Below are positions 37,201-49,969 of a DNA stretch of 64,000 nt, one piece after another. The position numbers and the translations under genes were made by a program. A model generated the notes under the pieces. That model saw only the letters and a program-made list of their open reading frames with translations, made no database searches and was not told where the DNA came from. This stretch comes from Lingula anatina. Taxonomy: Eukaryota > Animalia > Brachiopoda. The stretch is from NCBI GenBank assembly GCA_051362555.1, contig CM120646.1, forward strand, positions 14,260,001 to 14,324,000, read 5' to 3'. Position 1 is the first letter of the stretch; each line of letters begins with the position of its first letter.

Positions 37201-38106
37201 ATCTCTTCGCAATTGGCCAATCACATTTTGAACGGTCTAAACAAATACTGTAAAAAGGCAAGGCACAAAGGTCTTACATATCTCTGCATGAGATGAGGTA
37301 GGTATGGGATAGGTTTGAAAATTTTAACAAAGACACTTTATAGAAAAATTTAATAATAGAAAATAAAACTACGTTGAATACAGTATCATATAATTAAATT
37401 TCTTACTTAACTCTTTCTTACTTTCTTACTCTAACTGAACTGTAAGTTAGATTTTGTATTATTACTATTATTGTCTCCGCACAAGGGATACATATATCGT
37501 TGTATATTTATCCATTTCGTGTTTTGGAACATAAAATTTCTGTTGGCACCTTTGAGTATAATTGTACGAATGTTCACATACACATTTGAACATTTAACCA
37601 CATAGATATTATTTCATAATGACGTTTTGTATATCTTCAAAATTAACACTGTCTTCAAACCCTACATACACACTTGGATGTTATTACAGCATACCTAGCT
37701 AATCTCAGTCATCTTCTGTTAATGTCTTGGAATATATAACACGGCACTTACAAATGATCCTGCTAATCTAAACGAACTACCGGAATTTTAAGTAGATAAT
37801 GAACCTCTCAGCGTTTAAGGCATGTCAAATTAATTAGAGCAGCCCCTTATGAAACGCACAAGGTAATCAATATCCAATCAATCATCATATCTTTCACGTA
37901 TGAGTCTGATTAGTGTTTTAGGCACCGTTTTCCAGAGAAATTTTAGACAAATAAATCCTGCTGCATACTGCATAAGTTTAGAATATAGCACTCCCACAAC
38001 GTTTAGTCTTGTTCTTCAACCAGTCTTTCGGATCTTTTAATGACTAAGTATATACGTTTTTCCTTCACTATTTTCGTATTTATGTAACTTCAAACTTGTG
38101 ATTGCG

Positions 38107-38162
<56 letters not shown>

Positions 38163-39024
38163 CCAGTTCAATTGACTGGTGGTTTCGTCATATATTCTCT
38201 TGCAGCATTAGACTCTTGTATACGCTAAGAATTGATATAGCACATTTGATTACTTTAGTTTTACAAATACAAACATGAACAAGGATTTGTTCAAGAAGTA
38301 CAAAATATATTTGGAAAAAATCATTTTATTTGCATCACATTCCTTGGATGATCTCTAGCTGTTATGTTTGAACACGTTTAACTGTTCATAGTAGCATAAT
38401 AGTCATTTACAGGGAGCCTTAACTTGTAATATTATCATATAACTGCTATCTTGGCTTCCATATCGGCAGCATTTTTCAGACCGAATATAGTGTGCACATC
38501 AGTAGCTGTACTTGTTCATATTGCCACGTCTTATAATTTCAGTCATCTTGCTGATTGCGACGCCAATGATCATCTACAAGATCTACGTTCACCGCCGAAC
38601 GCGTCGGGACCTAATCCAAGCGCAGGCGCTGAAATTGCAGCACGTGACCAAGGACAGAACCATCAAGTCCGCTGCTATGGTCCTCTCGGTGGCCGTGGCT
38701 TTCATCGTGTTGGTCAACCCCATTGGCATCGCTCACATCGTCTCTAAGGTCACCAATCACGACTTCTTTCGCTCCACCGACACAACCATTAAGGTTGTTC
38801 GGGAAACCACGCAGATATGCGAACAGTTGAATTATTCAATCAACTTCTTTCTGTTCGTAATTTGGAACGACAATTTCAGGGCTAGATTTCTCAGACTATG
38901 GTGGTGCCGTAGTGGCTTAGGCAGTACCTCTAATTCCGTGATGCGCAATGGTCTCCCAGGGAGCTTATCAAATATAAATATCTCAGAGAGGTGTGAATAC
39001 CCTACAGATATGGAAATGGCTTAG
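32149..39024 (+). CDS. Class A (rhodopsin-like) orphan peptide-type GPCR, FMRFamide/sex-peptide-receptor-like group; exons 32149-32999, 35347-35588, 38543-39024 (about 524 aa)
   Basis: TM1 GIPGN, TM2 LSCSD, TM3 SSWFVVLLTCER|LLAVWAPL, TM7 QLNYSINFFLF. Junctions AG|gtaagt (phase 2) and G|gtaagt (phase 1) with tttcag acceptors keep the frame. Long Ser/Thr/Asn-rich N-terminus. Confidence 0.88.
34179..34216. repeat. (AAT)n microsatellite
   Basis: Direct reading. Confidence 0.9.
34345..35317. mobile_element. 973-bp non-autonomous DNA transposon with ~110-bp TIRs (CAGG...CCTG) and a 5-bp TSD (AGTAT)
   Basis: caggcctacccaactaccagactcggcacctacggatccagaat...cattacagagtatca is mirrored by tgatactctgtaatg...attctggatccgtaggtgccgagtctggtaggtaggtaggcctg. 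AGTAT occurs at 34340-34344 and 35318-35322. Confidence 0.9.
38108..38161. repeat. (ATT)n microsatellite
   Basis: Direct reading. Confidence 0.9.
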
Positions 39025-39045
39025 AGATAAGCGTTTGCTATTCAT

Positions 39046-39090
39046 TCTCTCTCTCTCTCTCTCTAAATATGTGTGTGTGCGTGTGTGTGC

Positions 39091-39133
<43 letters not shown>
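39046..39133. repeat. Compound (CT)n/(GT)n microsatellite just after the GPCR stop codon
   Basis: Direct reading. Confidence 0.9.
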
Positions 39134-39136
<3 letters not shown>

Positions 39137-40012
39137 GGAGACAGAGAGAGAGTTAATAAAAACATTTCCCCTCTCTCACTTATTGATAAACTCCTTCCTT
39201 TCCATAACACCCGATATTAGGAAGTACAACCAAATACCATGATTTAATTAAACATATATATGAAAGCATTATAGAAATATAATCACCATAACTGCACAAT
39301 GTGTGACCCCCTTTACCCCATCCGCAGCATAATTGTATCCCTAATATCGCATTCAAGATTAATGCCCCCGCTCAACCCACGTTTTCCGTTGCGCACACGT
39401 TGTACATGGAGATACACGCCATCTGTTGATGAAAATAGACTGTATGTTGTGTATTACTGTAATTAGTATAGGCCTAGAATGGCAAACACTGATGTAACTT
39501 CCCGAGGCAGCCACCTTATCTCGGACTAATAATAATGAAAGTAATACGTGTTCCTTTTATAATTCACGCACACAAAAGTAAAACCCAATAAATTTGTATA
39601 TATTGAAATGCTACAAGTTTTGTACGGAAGAAATAAACATGTAACTATTGAAACACATCGATTCCGATACATATTTTCATTTTAACAGCATACTTAAATG
39701 ACCCCTACCATTTGTTTGTCTCCAGATTGCGTACCCGGCTTTCGATTACTTGATCGACTTCGATCGACTTGAAACTAGATTTATCATCTATTTCGAACAA
39801 ACTTTATGAAATAGTTTTCATATTAGCTAAAATACTCAGTTCCATGAACATAATGTTGACGTTTCATTAACAGATGTATGGTCCAAAGATGGAGCTACTG
39901 GTATGCGAAGTTAACAGTCTACCAAACCTCCTCACGATAAAATGTTTTTTTTTTTATTCCAAATAATGGCTTATGTACACCATTGGCATCAACTGCACCG
40001 GCTTTGTGCCGG

Positions 40013-40176
40013 TGTGACAGGAATGGTAGTCCACTAGGAACAGTGGTCCTTTCCTAATTACTTTGCAAAGGTGACATTCGTCCCATACAGTAACCCCAAT
40101 ACTCTGACTAACGCAAACCTGTACTTATCATATGCTACCCCGGACTTCCATTCCTTGGGCTACCATTCCTGTCACA
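40013..40176. mobile_element. Ginger1-like MITE, 164 bp
   Basis: CCGG|tgtgacaggaatggtag ... ctaccattcctgtcaca|CCGG: perfect 17-bp TIR, TGT/ACA termini and a 4-bp CCGG duplication. Confidence 0.82.
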
Positions 40177-40261
40177 CCGGTGTTATGTAGCTGAGGTTCC
40201 ATGTTACATCAGGTACGCCCTCCATTATATACATGAAGGTAATAGTGACAAATGTGGTTTA

Positions 40262-40479
40262 AGCTGCCTTTACACTGGACGACGTCTTTTCTGGGTCCCA
40301 AAGTACGGCCCCGTTTGAGAGTAAAAAAAGTATACTTGACGTGCCGACAACTGGACGATCATTTAGCATTCATTCTACAACCAAAGCGATGCTTGTGCCT
40401 CCTTTCTACTACTACAGCGAAGCTAGATTCATGGTCGCACAAAGAAGCAGAAAGGGCGTCGTCCAGTGTATAGGGAGTT
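40262..40479. mobile_element. ~215-bp MITE (PIF/Harbinger-like or TA-targeting; superfamily uncertain)
   Basis: tacactggacgacgtcttttctg (40271) is inverted as cagaaagggcgtcgtccagtgta (40448-40470). The imperfect repeat extends about 9 bp further out. Confidence 0.7.
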
Positions 40480-41877
40480 ATACAATTAGTACGGAAAGCA
40501 CCTGTTTAAACCAATTGGAACCGAACCTTGCGTCACGGGGGTTTCTCTCGGTACAAGTCACCGGGTATAATGGCGTATGGCAATGACCTGTAAAAAACCA
40601 TCAACGGTGCACAACTTACAAACTCCCTCATTAACCTTTGAAGAATAATCGCCTGTGTCACGTTATCCACAACTCGGCTGTGATGGATTGCCCTTCCTCG
40701 ACGTCTTTAGTGCGAAGAGGTCGAATAACGCATCACCCTCTAATCTGTATCTGTCTCTATCCTATTAGTTGTTTAAAACTGACAATTCAATTGACAATAA
40801 AGTCTATAGTTTGCTACCTGTAAGCTAGCTTGCTGCTAATTTCCGCTTACGAGCATTATGTGTCGTTTGGTTGAATCTCTCCATGATGCCGTGGCATTAA
40901 CCACTCTATAGATAGAATTGCAATGGGATTTTTTTATTTGTATATCTAACACATCACGTATGTCAGTGAATCTTTGACAAAAACAAATAAAACCCATGGA
41001 TATTTAAGTAAATAAAAATATATCTTTGAGTACAGTTATGCTTTATTTTCTATACCACTAACTGCACATGTTCTTGTTATTTACAAAAATTGAAGGATTA
41101 AATTAGACACGTGCCTTCCTCCACCCCGGGCTCTTTACAAAGGCTTCGTATTTGTAGACACCGAAAGTATGTAAGTTAGCGGTAAATGCATGAGCACTGC
41201 AACACTACCGTGGTCATGCAAGTGGGATCAAAGAGGGATATTCGTTTTGATCAAATATTTAGTAAAATAATGACAGAAGCATTGTCTGGAAAAAAGTGGT
41301 CCTCTCCCTTTCATATGGGTATTAGCATTCGACCTTAATGCTCCTACCACAATGCGATCTTTTAAGCCATACAGACTTGGAGTAAGATTATAGTGTCGAG
41401 GAAGATATTTAGAACAATGCAGTAAACAGTGCTCTCAGTAAATGGTTTTGGTTAAAATAAATACAAGTTCGGGATAATAAGCACCGAAAATAGGTATTCT
41501 ATACGGAGAGCGTGCTGTAATTGACTAATGCTGTCACGTACATATAAGACGACGAAGAAGATTAGCCAGTTGAAGAAAGTATATATAAATATCCACTGGA
41601 CGTGAATGAAGAAAGGTTACGGTAGGAAGTAGTACCATACAACATTTCTGAAACAATGGCAGACAGGCGAATGAGGTATGTGGCAAAGAGTACAAAAGTC
41701 TCCTTTTTATCTTGGCACGAAAATTAAAAATGGTATGGGGAAAATTACTAATGCCTGGTGCCATCACAGTGACATTATAGATGCCTCTATCTTGAGGGGT
41801 GCTTTTATTAAAAGAGGTTATGTCAAATAATGTGACATTAATGTATACAACTGAAAAGAGACAATCCTCTTACGAAC

Positions 41878-42990
41878 ATGACAAACGGTTCATTGACTGC
41901 GTTTTCACTTGACGACGATTTAATTTTAAACAGTGCTTCCAACGGTAGTAAGGCCACAGGAACAACGTTGAAACAACTACCAAGTTACATCTGGGCATAT
42001 TTTACTATTGTAGTGATAGTCATTAGTTTGGCTGGCAATGTATTGGTCGTTTTGTCAATCACCCTCACTCCTAACTTGCGCAAGGGGAGACATGCGCTAA
42101 TAGCCAGTCTGAGTATTACAAACGGTCCGTTGAATTTACCAGTGTTTTGTGTGGACGTTTATTCTATGTGGTCGTGCGAGTGGAACCTCGGCCCAGAGGC
42201 TTGTGCATTCATTGGGTATTACTCTTGGGTTATATTCAGTGTATCGAGCTTGAACCTTTGTTTTGTTGCCGTGCAGAAATACATAACCATCTGCATGGAG
42301 AGCTGTATAAAGAAAATCACGTGGAGACAACTAAACATAATGTTGATATCGGCTTCATTTGGTCTACCAGCTGCATTTCACGTCCCACTCCTTTTTGGGT
42401 CTGGAGGGAAGTTGGGATTTGATGAACTACAGTGTCGTTGTGGAATAATGTACGATCCATCCTTCCTATTCCGACACATCAGTAAATTAGTGTGGCACGG
42501 CATCCCGACTGTGGTCTCCATTATATGCTTTATTTCAATTATTAAGAAATTCGGCAAAATGTCTAACAGCCAGTCGCTACAAGCTGGGGAGAGTGTGACA
42601 TTGGACGTGGAAATGGAAGAGAATGTGAGGTCCGCCAGAATGATTGGACTGTGCTTTGTTTTAGTTAATTTATTACTCGTTCCAAGCTCTGTCGTGGATC
42701 TGATTCACCTACGAGGCAACCGTCGTGACACCCATGGGCTGGCGTACGTATTGGGTTGCATGACTACGTCTGTAAATCCGTTCGTATATGGTTTCATAGA
42801 CAAAAACTACAGGAGAGCGTACAGGCAACTTCTCTGCACTTCCAGAGCATTTACACAACAGGCGCGCAGCAGACAAATCGCGCGCATGCGTACCACAAAC
42901 GGAAGCACCGTGCCGTCCAACACCAGGGGGCGCCTGGCAAGTAACAGAAAGTTCCGCCGTGATCAACATTGTCAGACAACTAACCTATAA
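41878..42990 (+). CDS. Intronless class A GPCR, moody/Tre1/GPR84/melatonin-receptor-like (370 aa)
   Basis: Seven hydrophobic segments, TM1 LAGN, ECL1 WNLGPEAC, ECL2 GFDELQCRC, TM7 NPFVYG, helix 8 KNYRRAY, N-terminal glycosylation sequons. Subfamily assignment is tentative. Confidence 0.88.
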   Translation: MTNGSLTAFSLDDDLILNSASNGSKATGTTLKQLPSYIWAYFTIVVIVISLAGNVLVVLSITLTPNLRKGRHALIASLSITNGPLNLPVFCVDVYSMWSCEWNLGPEACAFIGYYSWVIFSVSSLNLCFVAVQKYITICMESCIKKITWRQLNIMLISASFGLPAAFHVPLLFGSGGKLGFDELQCRCGIMYDPSFLFRHISKLVWHGIPTVVSIICFISIIKKFGKMSNSQSLQAGESVTLDVEMEENVRSARMIGLCFVLVNLLLVPSSVVDLIHLRGNRRDTHGLAYVLGCMTTSVNPFVYGFIDKNYRRAYRQLLCTSRAFTQQARSRQIARMRTTNGSTVPSNTRGRLASNRKFRRDQHCQTTNL

Positions 42991-45900
42991 AGAAGAAAAC
43001 TTTATATACCTGTTATAGGCCTACTGATATCAATATTTATTCGTACTAAATCTGTGATTTTCAAACATCGCTTCTGAAGAAGGTTATGGTAATGGCATGT
43101 TTTATACTAATGCATTCATATGTTTAATGCATTGCTTCATTTATTTCTTTATGCTTTTATCTAGCCGTTATTGAAAACGTTATATATCCAGCTAATCATT
43201 GTGTATGGCAGTGTGTATGATGCGTCCAGACACAGCTAACACATTTCTTTATTGTGTCCATGATTGATATCAAATTTTTTTCTAACGTAGCCTACACTGT
43301 AGACGTGCCTTGTGATTTTCAAAGGTTTTAATTTTCTGTATGTCATTATTTTTCTGTCGTAACCATTACTTAAGATGAACCCGTTTTAAATGTGATAAAA
43401 CGTTAAAGAAAAAATATAAAGATATAATTGCAAGGTAAATTCTAGTGACATTGCAGATGCTCTTTGTCAAGTCTGTGCTTTTGAATAAAATTTTAGAATA
43501 AGAAGTCGTGTAATAATCTAGTGTACATGAGAGAAGCAGTGCGAGCCCCATATTACGCCAAAAAAGATATAGGTTTTGCTGTATGGAATCTTTTTGCTTA
43601 TGAACCCATTTATTTTTCCGTGGATTTTATATAGAATACAGCACGCCATTCCTCCCATGTTATTTAAATCCCAATTATAAAATAAAAGGGGATAATATTT
43701 TTTAATGTTTTTCTGCACGGATTTCACACTTTATCAATAACGAATACATCTGGTAATCATATACATACGTGTGTAAGTCTGTTTTTGTTTAGTACGTGAA
43801 ACACAAACACATGCGTAACAGCAGTTTAAAGGCCACAGCGATTTTCATTCGAGATATGAACGTTCGCAACCGCCTATTACACATCATAATACTATTTCAG
43901 AACTAATCACTTTGTCAAACACGAAATCATTTCCATGGCTGCTTGAGACAGTCAAGGAAGTTATTTGAAATTGAATATATTTGAGAATTAACTTTTTACG
44001 TCATGTTGCATGTGCAGTGTTACTCCTGAGGGAATTGGCAGATCTCGTTACAATCCAATAATAACCGGTTCCGATATGGCGTTGGCATGTGTATATGGTC
44101 TGAAGGTGTAAGAATGATTAGTGCTGACAGACGGGGAAATCAAACATCCCCAAGCACCGAGAATTTATTTTTTCATCAATCTTCCTATTTATTGTGATCC
44201 CAAACGCAATGTGCGTACGATTTATATAAGATACAGAGAAAAAACATTATTGACAGGTTGCTGTGTTGTTGGGGAAGTACAAATGGTAATGCATTCTTGG
44301 AGGACTTTGTTAATAAAAGAACTTTAAAAGGTATCAGATAAGAAGCAGTAAGGGCGTTTGGAGGTTAAATATTTCATTTATATTTTGTCGATGCACTTTT
44401 TCGTGCACGAGGATAATTGTCGATGCCTTTGCAAGGAATTAAAAAGTTTAAAGAATGGCTCTTCTTTTCAATAAATTTACTAAATACCTTGAATGTCGTC
44501 ATTTGTGTTTTTGAACTTATATATAGCCCTTTATCAGAGACTGATGAAAGACAAACTAGGAGCAGAAGGAAAACTCAATCACTTCCATTTACCGCTTTTC
44601 CATGGGTAAATACGTTGAAATACAAGTCCAAAACGTTTAATCATCTTTTCATTCTTTTAATTGATTTTAAGAAAAAGTAATTTCTTTACCTGGAAAAAAT
44701 CATTAGCTCATTCGTAGCATTTTAAGAAGCTGTGATATACATGTAAATTATGAGTTAAGGTTGACAGCATGATACTTAAAAAGTTTTTTATAAAACTTTT
44801 TAATTCGTAGAGACACAGAAAAATAATAAAATGTTCATTCCTTGCACTAAGCCTCCAATAATTGGCGGTTTCTGCGTTTTGCCGTTCGAGGTGAGGGTTG
44901 GTGCCATTTAGTACAGGCTACCGTGTCTCCAAGCAGTAAACAATGAGCATGCAGCATTCCTCCGATAACCCCCTGAGTCACCGTCTGATGGCCACCGCAT
45001 GCAACTGCCGCGATGTCATGCTGCGCTTCTCTATCTGTGCCAGAAGTGATTCCATTACCGATTGGATTCCGTCGGTTTCGGGTGTTGGACAGTGCTGGCG
45101 ATGTACATTGCTTGCTAAGCAAGCTGCTGTTTCTCCAGTTAGGTGTCTTCTCTAGCTAGCTCTTTGTCGGTCGGCGAAATTGATAATGGGCTCGGAGCCG
45201 ACTGAATGAATATGTACGCCGAGGTCAGCCCGTAGCCCAAGTCGCAACCGACCTCAGACATCGGGCACAGTTCATGCCTACGGTGAGCTCTCCTGGCCTT
45301 CTTCTGTCGCGCAGCCCACGTGCTTGTTGGTGGTGACCGTGCCTATTATCCGTATTAGTATTGGGGGCATATAAAAAGTATATGAGTTAGGATACACGTT
45401 CGTCCGAGTAACGTCTACTGTGCTGATCAGCCTGTCAAAGTCAAATTCGTTCTCGTTTAAGATTCGTTACATTTCGTAGTTTAAAGTAATCAGGAAAGAG
45501 GAAAATAAAGAAAAAATATACTTAAGAAAGAAATCCCCATCAATATCATAGACCCAAGGGCTTTTTTGTGAAATGTAATGTTAGTGAATCCGTTCGCTGA
45601 TAAGTGTTTTGAACGTTAAATCTGGATGTGTGGGTGATGCCCATGAGATGTGAGACTGGTAAGGTTCCACTTCGAAAATATATCTTACTTTTGAAAAGTG
45701 GTAGCACAAAACCATGTGTACAAGGCTGCCCTGCGTACGTCACTTCCGGCTAAGAATGGCCGGACTCGGTAGCAACGGTGAGATGCTCATGTAATGCATA
45801 TACAATAAAGCGGAGAAAACCTATAACACGTACAGTATTGGCTCCTAAATGTCGTAAAAACCTTTTTTTTGGCAGTAAAGGTATGCATAAAGGATCATTT

Positions 45901-47537
45901 CTGTTACGACGAAATGTTGTTGCCTGTGCCAAGAATAATAGGCTATTTTCGGAATTTCACACCATTTCCCATTGCGATGCACATTTTTCTTTACACCAAG
46001 CCTATTTTACCCTCCAGTTGTGTCGAGCTACTTCCTTATAGTAGACATTTAAACTGCTGGTACCGGAGAAATGATCCAGAAAAAAGCTGTCCGGCATAAG
46101 AATATACTTTCTCTGTATGGGGTATCATTTGCCTGCCAAGGATGAATGTTTTTAGATTTGAAGTTTTCTCCAAATATTTAGCATCCGTCTTTCATTGTAA
46201 ATACCTTTACCAGGGCATTAAATCAATATTTAATGACTGCGAAATGGACCGTACTGATTGGCATTGCGCATTACTAAACAGTCCCTTTTCTAAAAACAAA
46301 ATGATGGGCGTAGGGCTTGAGTGGAGTGTTCTAATGGGTTGTTCTTAATGTACAGGTACGTGTATCTCAGTTCTTCCCATCATTATATGAAACAATACTT
46401 CAACACGCTCACATAACAAGGATACACGCCTTTCAAACCGAACCCATTTTGTGAAACAAATGTGGTTTTGAGAAAACGGCATATAAATATTAATTGGCAT
46501 TTATTTAGAGAGAATGGATTAAAAAAACTAATTGCCATTCCAAATAAAAACGGTTGTATCAGTTCGGCATTGACTTATCCCAATTCCTGGCAGTGATTAA
46601 CGATGGATCAGTATTGGCAAACAAGCCAACGCCTAGCTCTGCCAGGAGCCCCATCTTGTCTGGTGTTGATCAGAGTTGATTGCACTCCAGTAGCTGGTTA
46701 CACGGACTAGATTGATACGGTTTCTCAGTTTGGCAGGCAATGGGTTTTTTTGCAGGTCATTTGAGGGGAGATATTTAATTTGCCTTGGAATTGGTAGAGA
46801 TATGGTTGAGACGAGGTGGCGAGTGCTGTGTCCTTTTTATGGCAGGTTATTGATGTATAACTACTAAGTGTAAGGAAATAGTTGAAACTGGCGAAATTGG
46901 CTAAACACGAAGTGTGTTTGGTGCAAAATGGCAATCGGACAAAAGTTACCTGTTTTAAAGATGACTTTAGTTTTGCGGTTAATTAAGGTGTAAGGTGGCT
47001 AGAGTGGAATAACTGACTGCGTAATGTCGACTTTGCGATATCGGTCAAAGATGGCTTCACAAAACGCCGCGATTGCAAAACGTCAGTTGGCTGCATAACC
47101 ATGGATAGCCGAGAACTGTTACATGACAACACCTTTCCTGTCATAATAAACATCGCAATTGATAACTTGATGGCGTGTTCATAAGACATTAAATGGATGA
47201 AAATAAAACATTAAATACCTTATTATTTTTCAAAGATGTAGTATGCTGACATTAATTCATTTTTATACGGTCATCGTTACCGTCTCGGGGGCGGGGAGGG
47301 GCGGGGGGAGCAAGGAACCGTCCCTCTGGTGGTTAATATATAAAACAAGTCTTATTATAAGAATGCTAAAATGAAGATTTTGGAGTAAAACTCAATTGAT
47401 CTAACTGACTCCACTGACTGACTTTGAGTGATAAAATTAAATAATGTCTTCTAAGAAACAGTTATGTTTAATCTCAGTTCCCATGTTTAAGCGAACAACT
47501 GAAGGTTAGACTAGTCTTGAAATAATGCTTTTCAAAC

Positions 47538-47538
<1 letters not shown>

Positions 47539-47588
<50 letters not shown>
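47539..47588. repeat. (TATC)n microsatellite
   Basis: Direct reading. Confidence 0.9.
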
Positions 47589-47589
<1 letters not shown>

Positions 47590-49969
47590 TCATTTATTTA
47601 TTAAAACTTGATATAAAGACAAACGGCTTTTCTGTTTTTTTTTTCGACTTGTATTTATATATTGACACCAAATCCTGTTGTGAAGCATTGCATATTCATT
47701 CACATCACCCCAATTTGAAATCGAGAGATGATGAGCACAATTATCTACAAAACTAATTTTGAGTTATGCACGTAGAAACAGTATTGGGTAACATTAATTC
47801 AAACATTTGCTATCAGTCAAAAGACTTTTTCCCAAATATCAAGGGCGGTGTATATATACTGCCATAAATGTTTGATAGCAGTGATGACGGCTCATTTCAA
47901 ACGTTGTCAGGGTAGAAGTGTTAATTCTAGGCGTCGGTAATTGATGACTGATTGTCAAATATGACACGTATCGCGGCATTAGTAGTGCCATAGTTTGAAA
48001 TTAAACAATACAGATTATCTGGTAATTAGGTAACACGTGTCGAGTTAATGCGGCAAGAGTGCTCTCAAGTGCAAATATGAGATACACTGATGAACGTAGC
48101 AAGGTAATCTCAGGCAACATTGAAATAATTAATGGTATCATTAACAAATGCTAGTATGCGGGTTAAAATAATGCCGTTTTGACGCGTATGTATTTAACGA
48201 AAACATTGTCTGTGCAACTATCGACCTTCAGATTTGATAGTTTATGGTAACAACACTACTGACAGTTACTATTCTTTTTTCTATGAAATTTTCAAACGTC
48301 CATTTTTCTGAGCACAGATGTCACTTCGTTACTTAAAATCCAGGCTGATACCAATGCTTTATTACTATCAAATCACCATCTTGTACATGTGCGACCTCAT
48401 GCAGAACAGTTCTCCGCCTGTTGTATTATTTCGCGAAAGTGTGTCCCTTTGCAATTTGAAATTAGGGTTTCGTGCGTTACAACGTGATGCATTTCTGTAC
48501 AAGTCGATTTGAAATTCCCATGGCTTACCATTCGATACTGCCACTTAGCGTTTGAGATAGAAGTTTTGAGCTTGTTTTTATCTTATCAAGTTTTATATTA
48601 TGAAAAAGGAGTAAGTTGAATATACCCTTCGAAGAGTTTTCAATGCGAGCAGATTTGAAGAAAAGTAACATTACTTGACTGGTAAGGCACACGTAAACTG
48701 GCAATTATTGAAAGTGCCCAGATCATTAATACATATTATCAAATAGGTCCGTAATGATATACAGTGTATATAGATTCCAGTTTATAATCAGCCACACTAT
48801 TTTCCAAAGCTTCTGCCATATTGCAACTACTTAATCACTACAAAATAAAAAGCACAATTCAATTTGAATTCTACCGTTCATCATTAAAAAGAAATGATTA
48901 AAACCAGAATCAATCACTTCGATTTTCATTAGACGATGCAAAATGTCCGTTCATAATCGGTGTAATGCATGATCCCAAACATTTGTCGTTTGCACCAGAA
49001 ACCTCGAAATAAAACGACATTTTACAATCTATCAAAAAAACAAGAACTCTTTACATAAAACATCACCTTCATCAACTCTTAATCCCAGTATATCGCGCCT
49101 TCAACTTTGATTGATATTTTTTCAAAAATGTATTACTCGAACGATTCTTATTAATTTCCCTCCGAGCAATTAGGATTATTTGTTCGCGCTGTAATAGGAA
49201 TGTCATGTAAATCGTCATTTATTGGAGACGTATGGAGTCATTAATTAACATGGTCGTGTTCTTGGAATACACGGCGCTAATAGGTCTATTAATACTGGAA
49301 TCCCTGCAGAGTACAAAACACGTTAATGCAAATCAATATCCGCCGTGTGCTTTTATTATTATTATTTTTTCCGAAATATACGTGGATTTGTAAAATCGCG
49401 TACGGACCACGATAAACTGTCAGCGTGAATTGCCTGCGCAGAAATTGGCACAGCTTTTAGGATTTTTTTCGTGGCAAATCTGCATTTTTAGCGACACGTG
49501 GTATTATGTTACTATTTTCTACAAGTGGCAACGGCGGCCGAAAATGTCATATGCACCAATACGCATGTCCCATAATTATGCAAATAGGTGTTAATTATCA
49601 AGAATTTACCTATTTCCAGTCAGGGCTGATGCGCCTACCTTTCCTTGCCCTGTGAGAAGTCATTTCATTTCCGTATTCCATGACCTATGAACTAGAAGTC
49701 TGTTTTTTTAAATAGTACCTTTATTAAAGAAGCAACATATTCAACGACAATACCATACATAAGTGAAATAATAATAATAATGTGTTTTCCAATATAATAA
49801 CCACAAACAGCTTTTCGTAAATAGCACTTCATTCAACACCTAGTATTTTTCACGTTCACGCGCTATCATACAAAGTTTGAGTCCTGATTTGCGAATAGTT
49901 CGACTTCAGATAGCAAGTCTGTATATGTACAACCACACATACACAACACAGTGTGCATTGGCATATACC

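Noticed and set aside
41878-42990. Opsin assignment for the intronless GPCR
   Set aside because: No Lys at the retinal-binding position in TM7.
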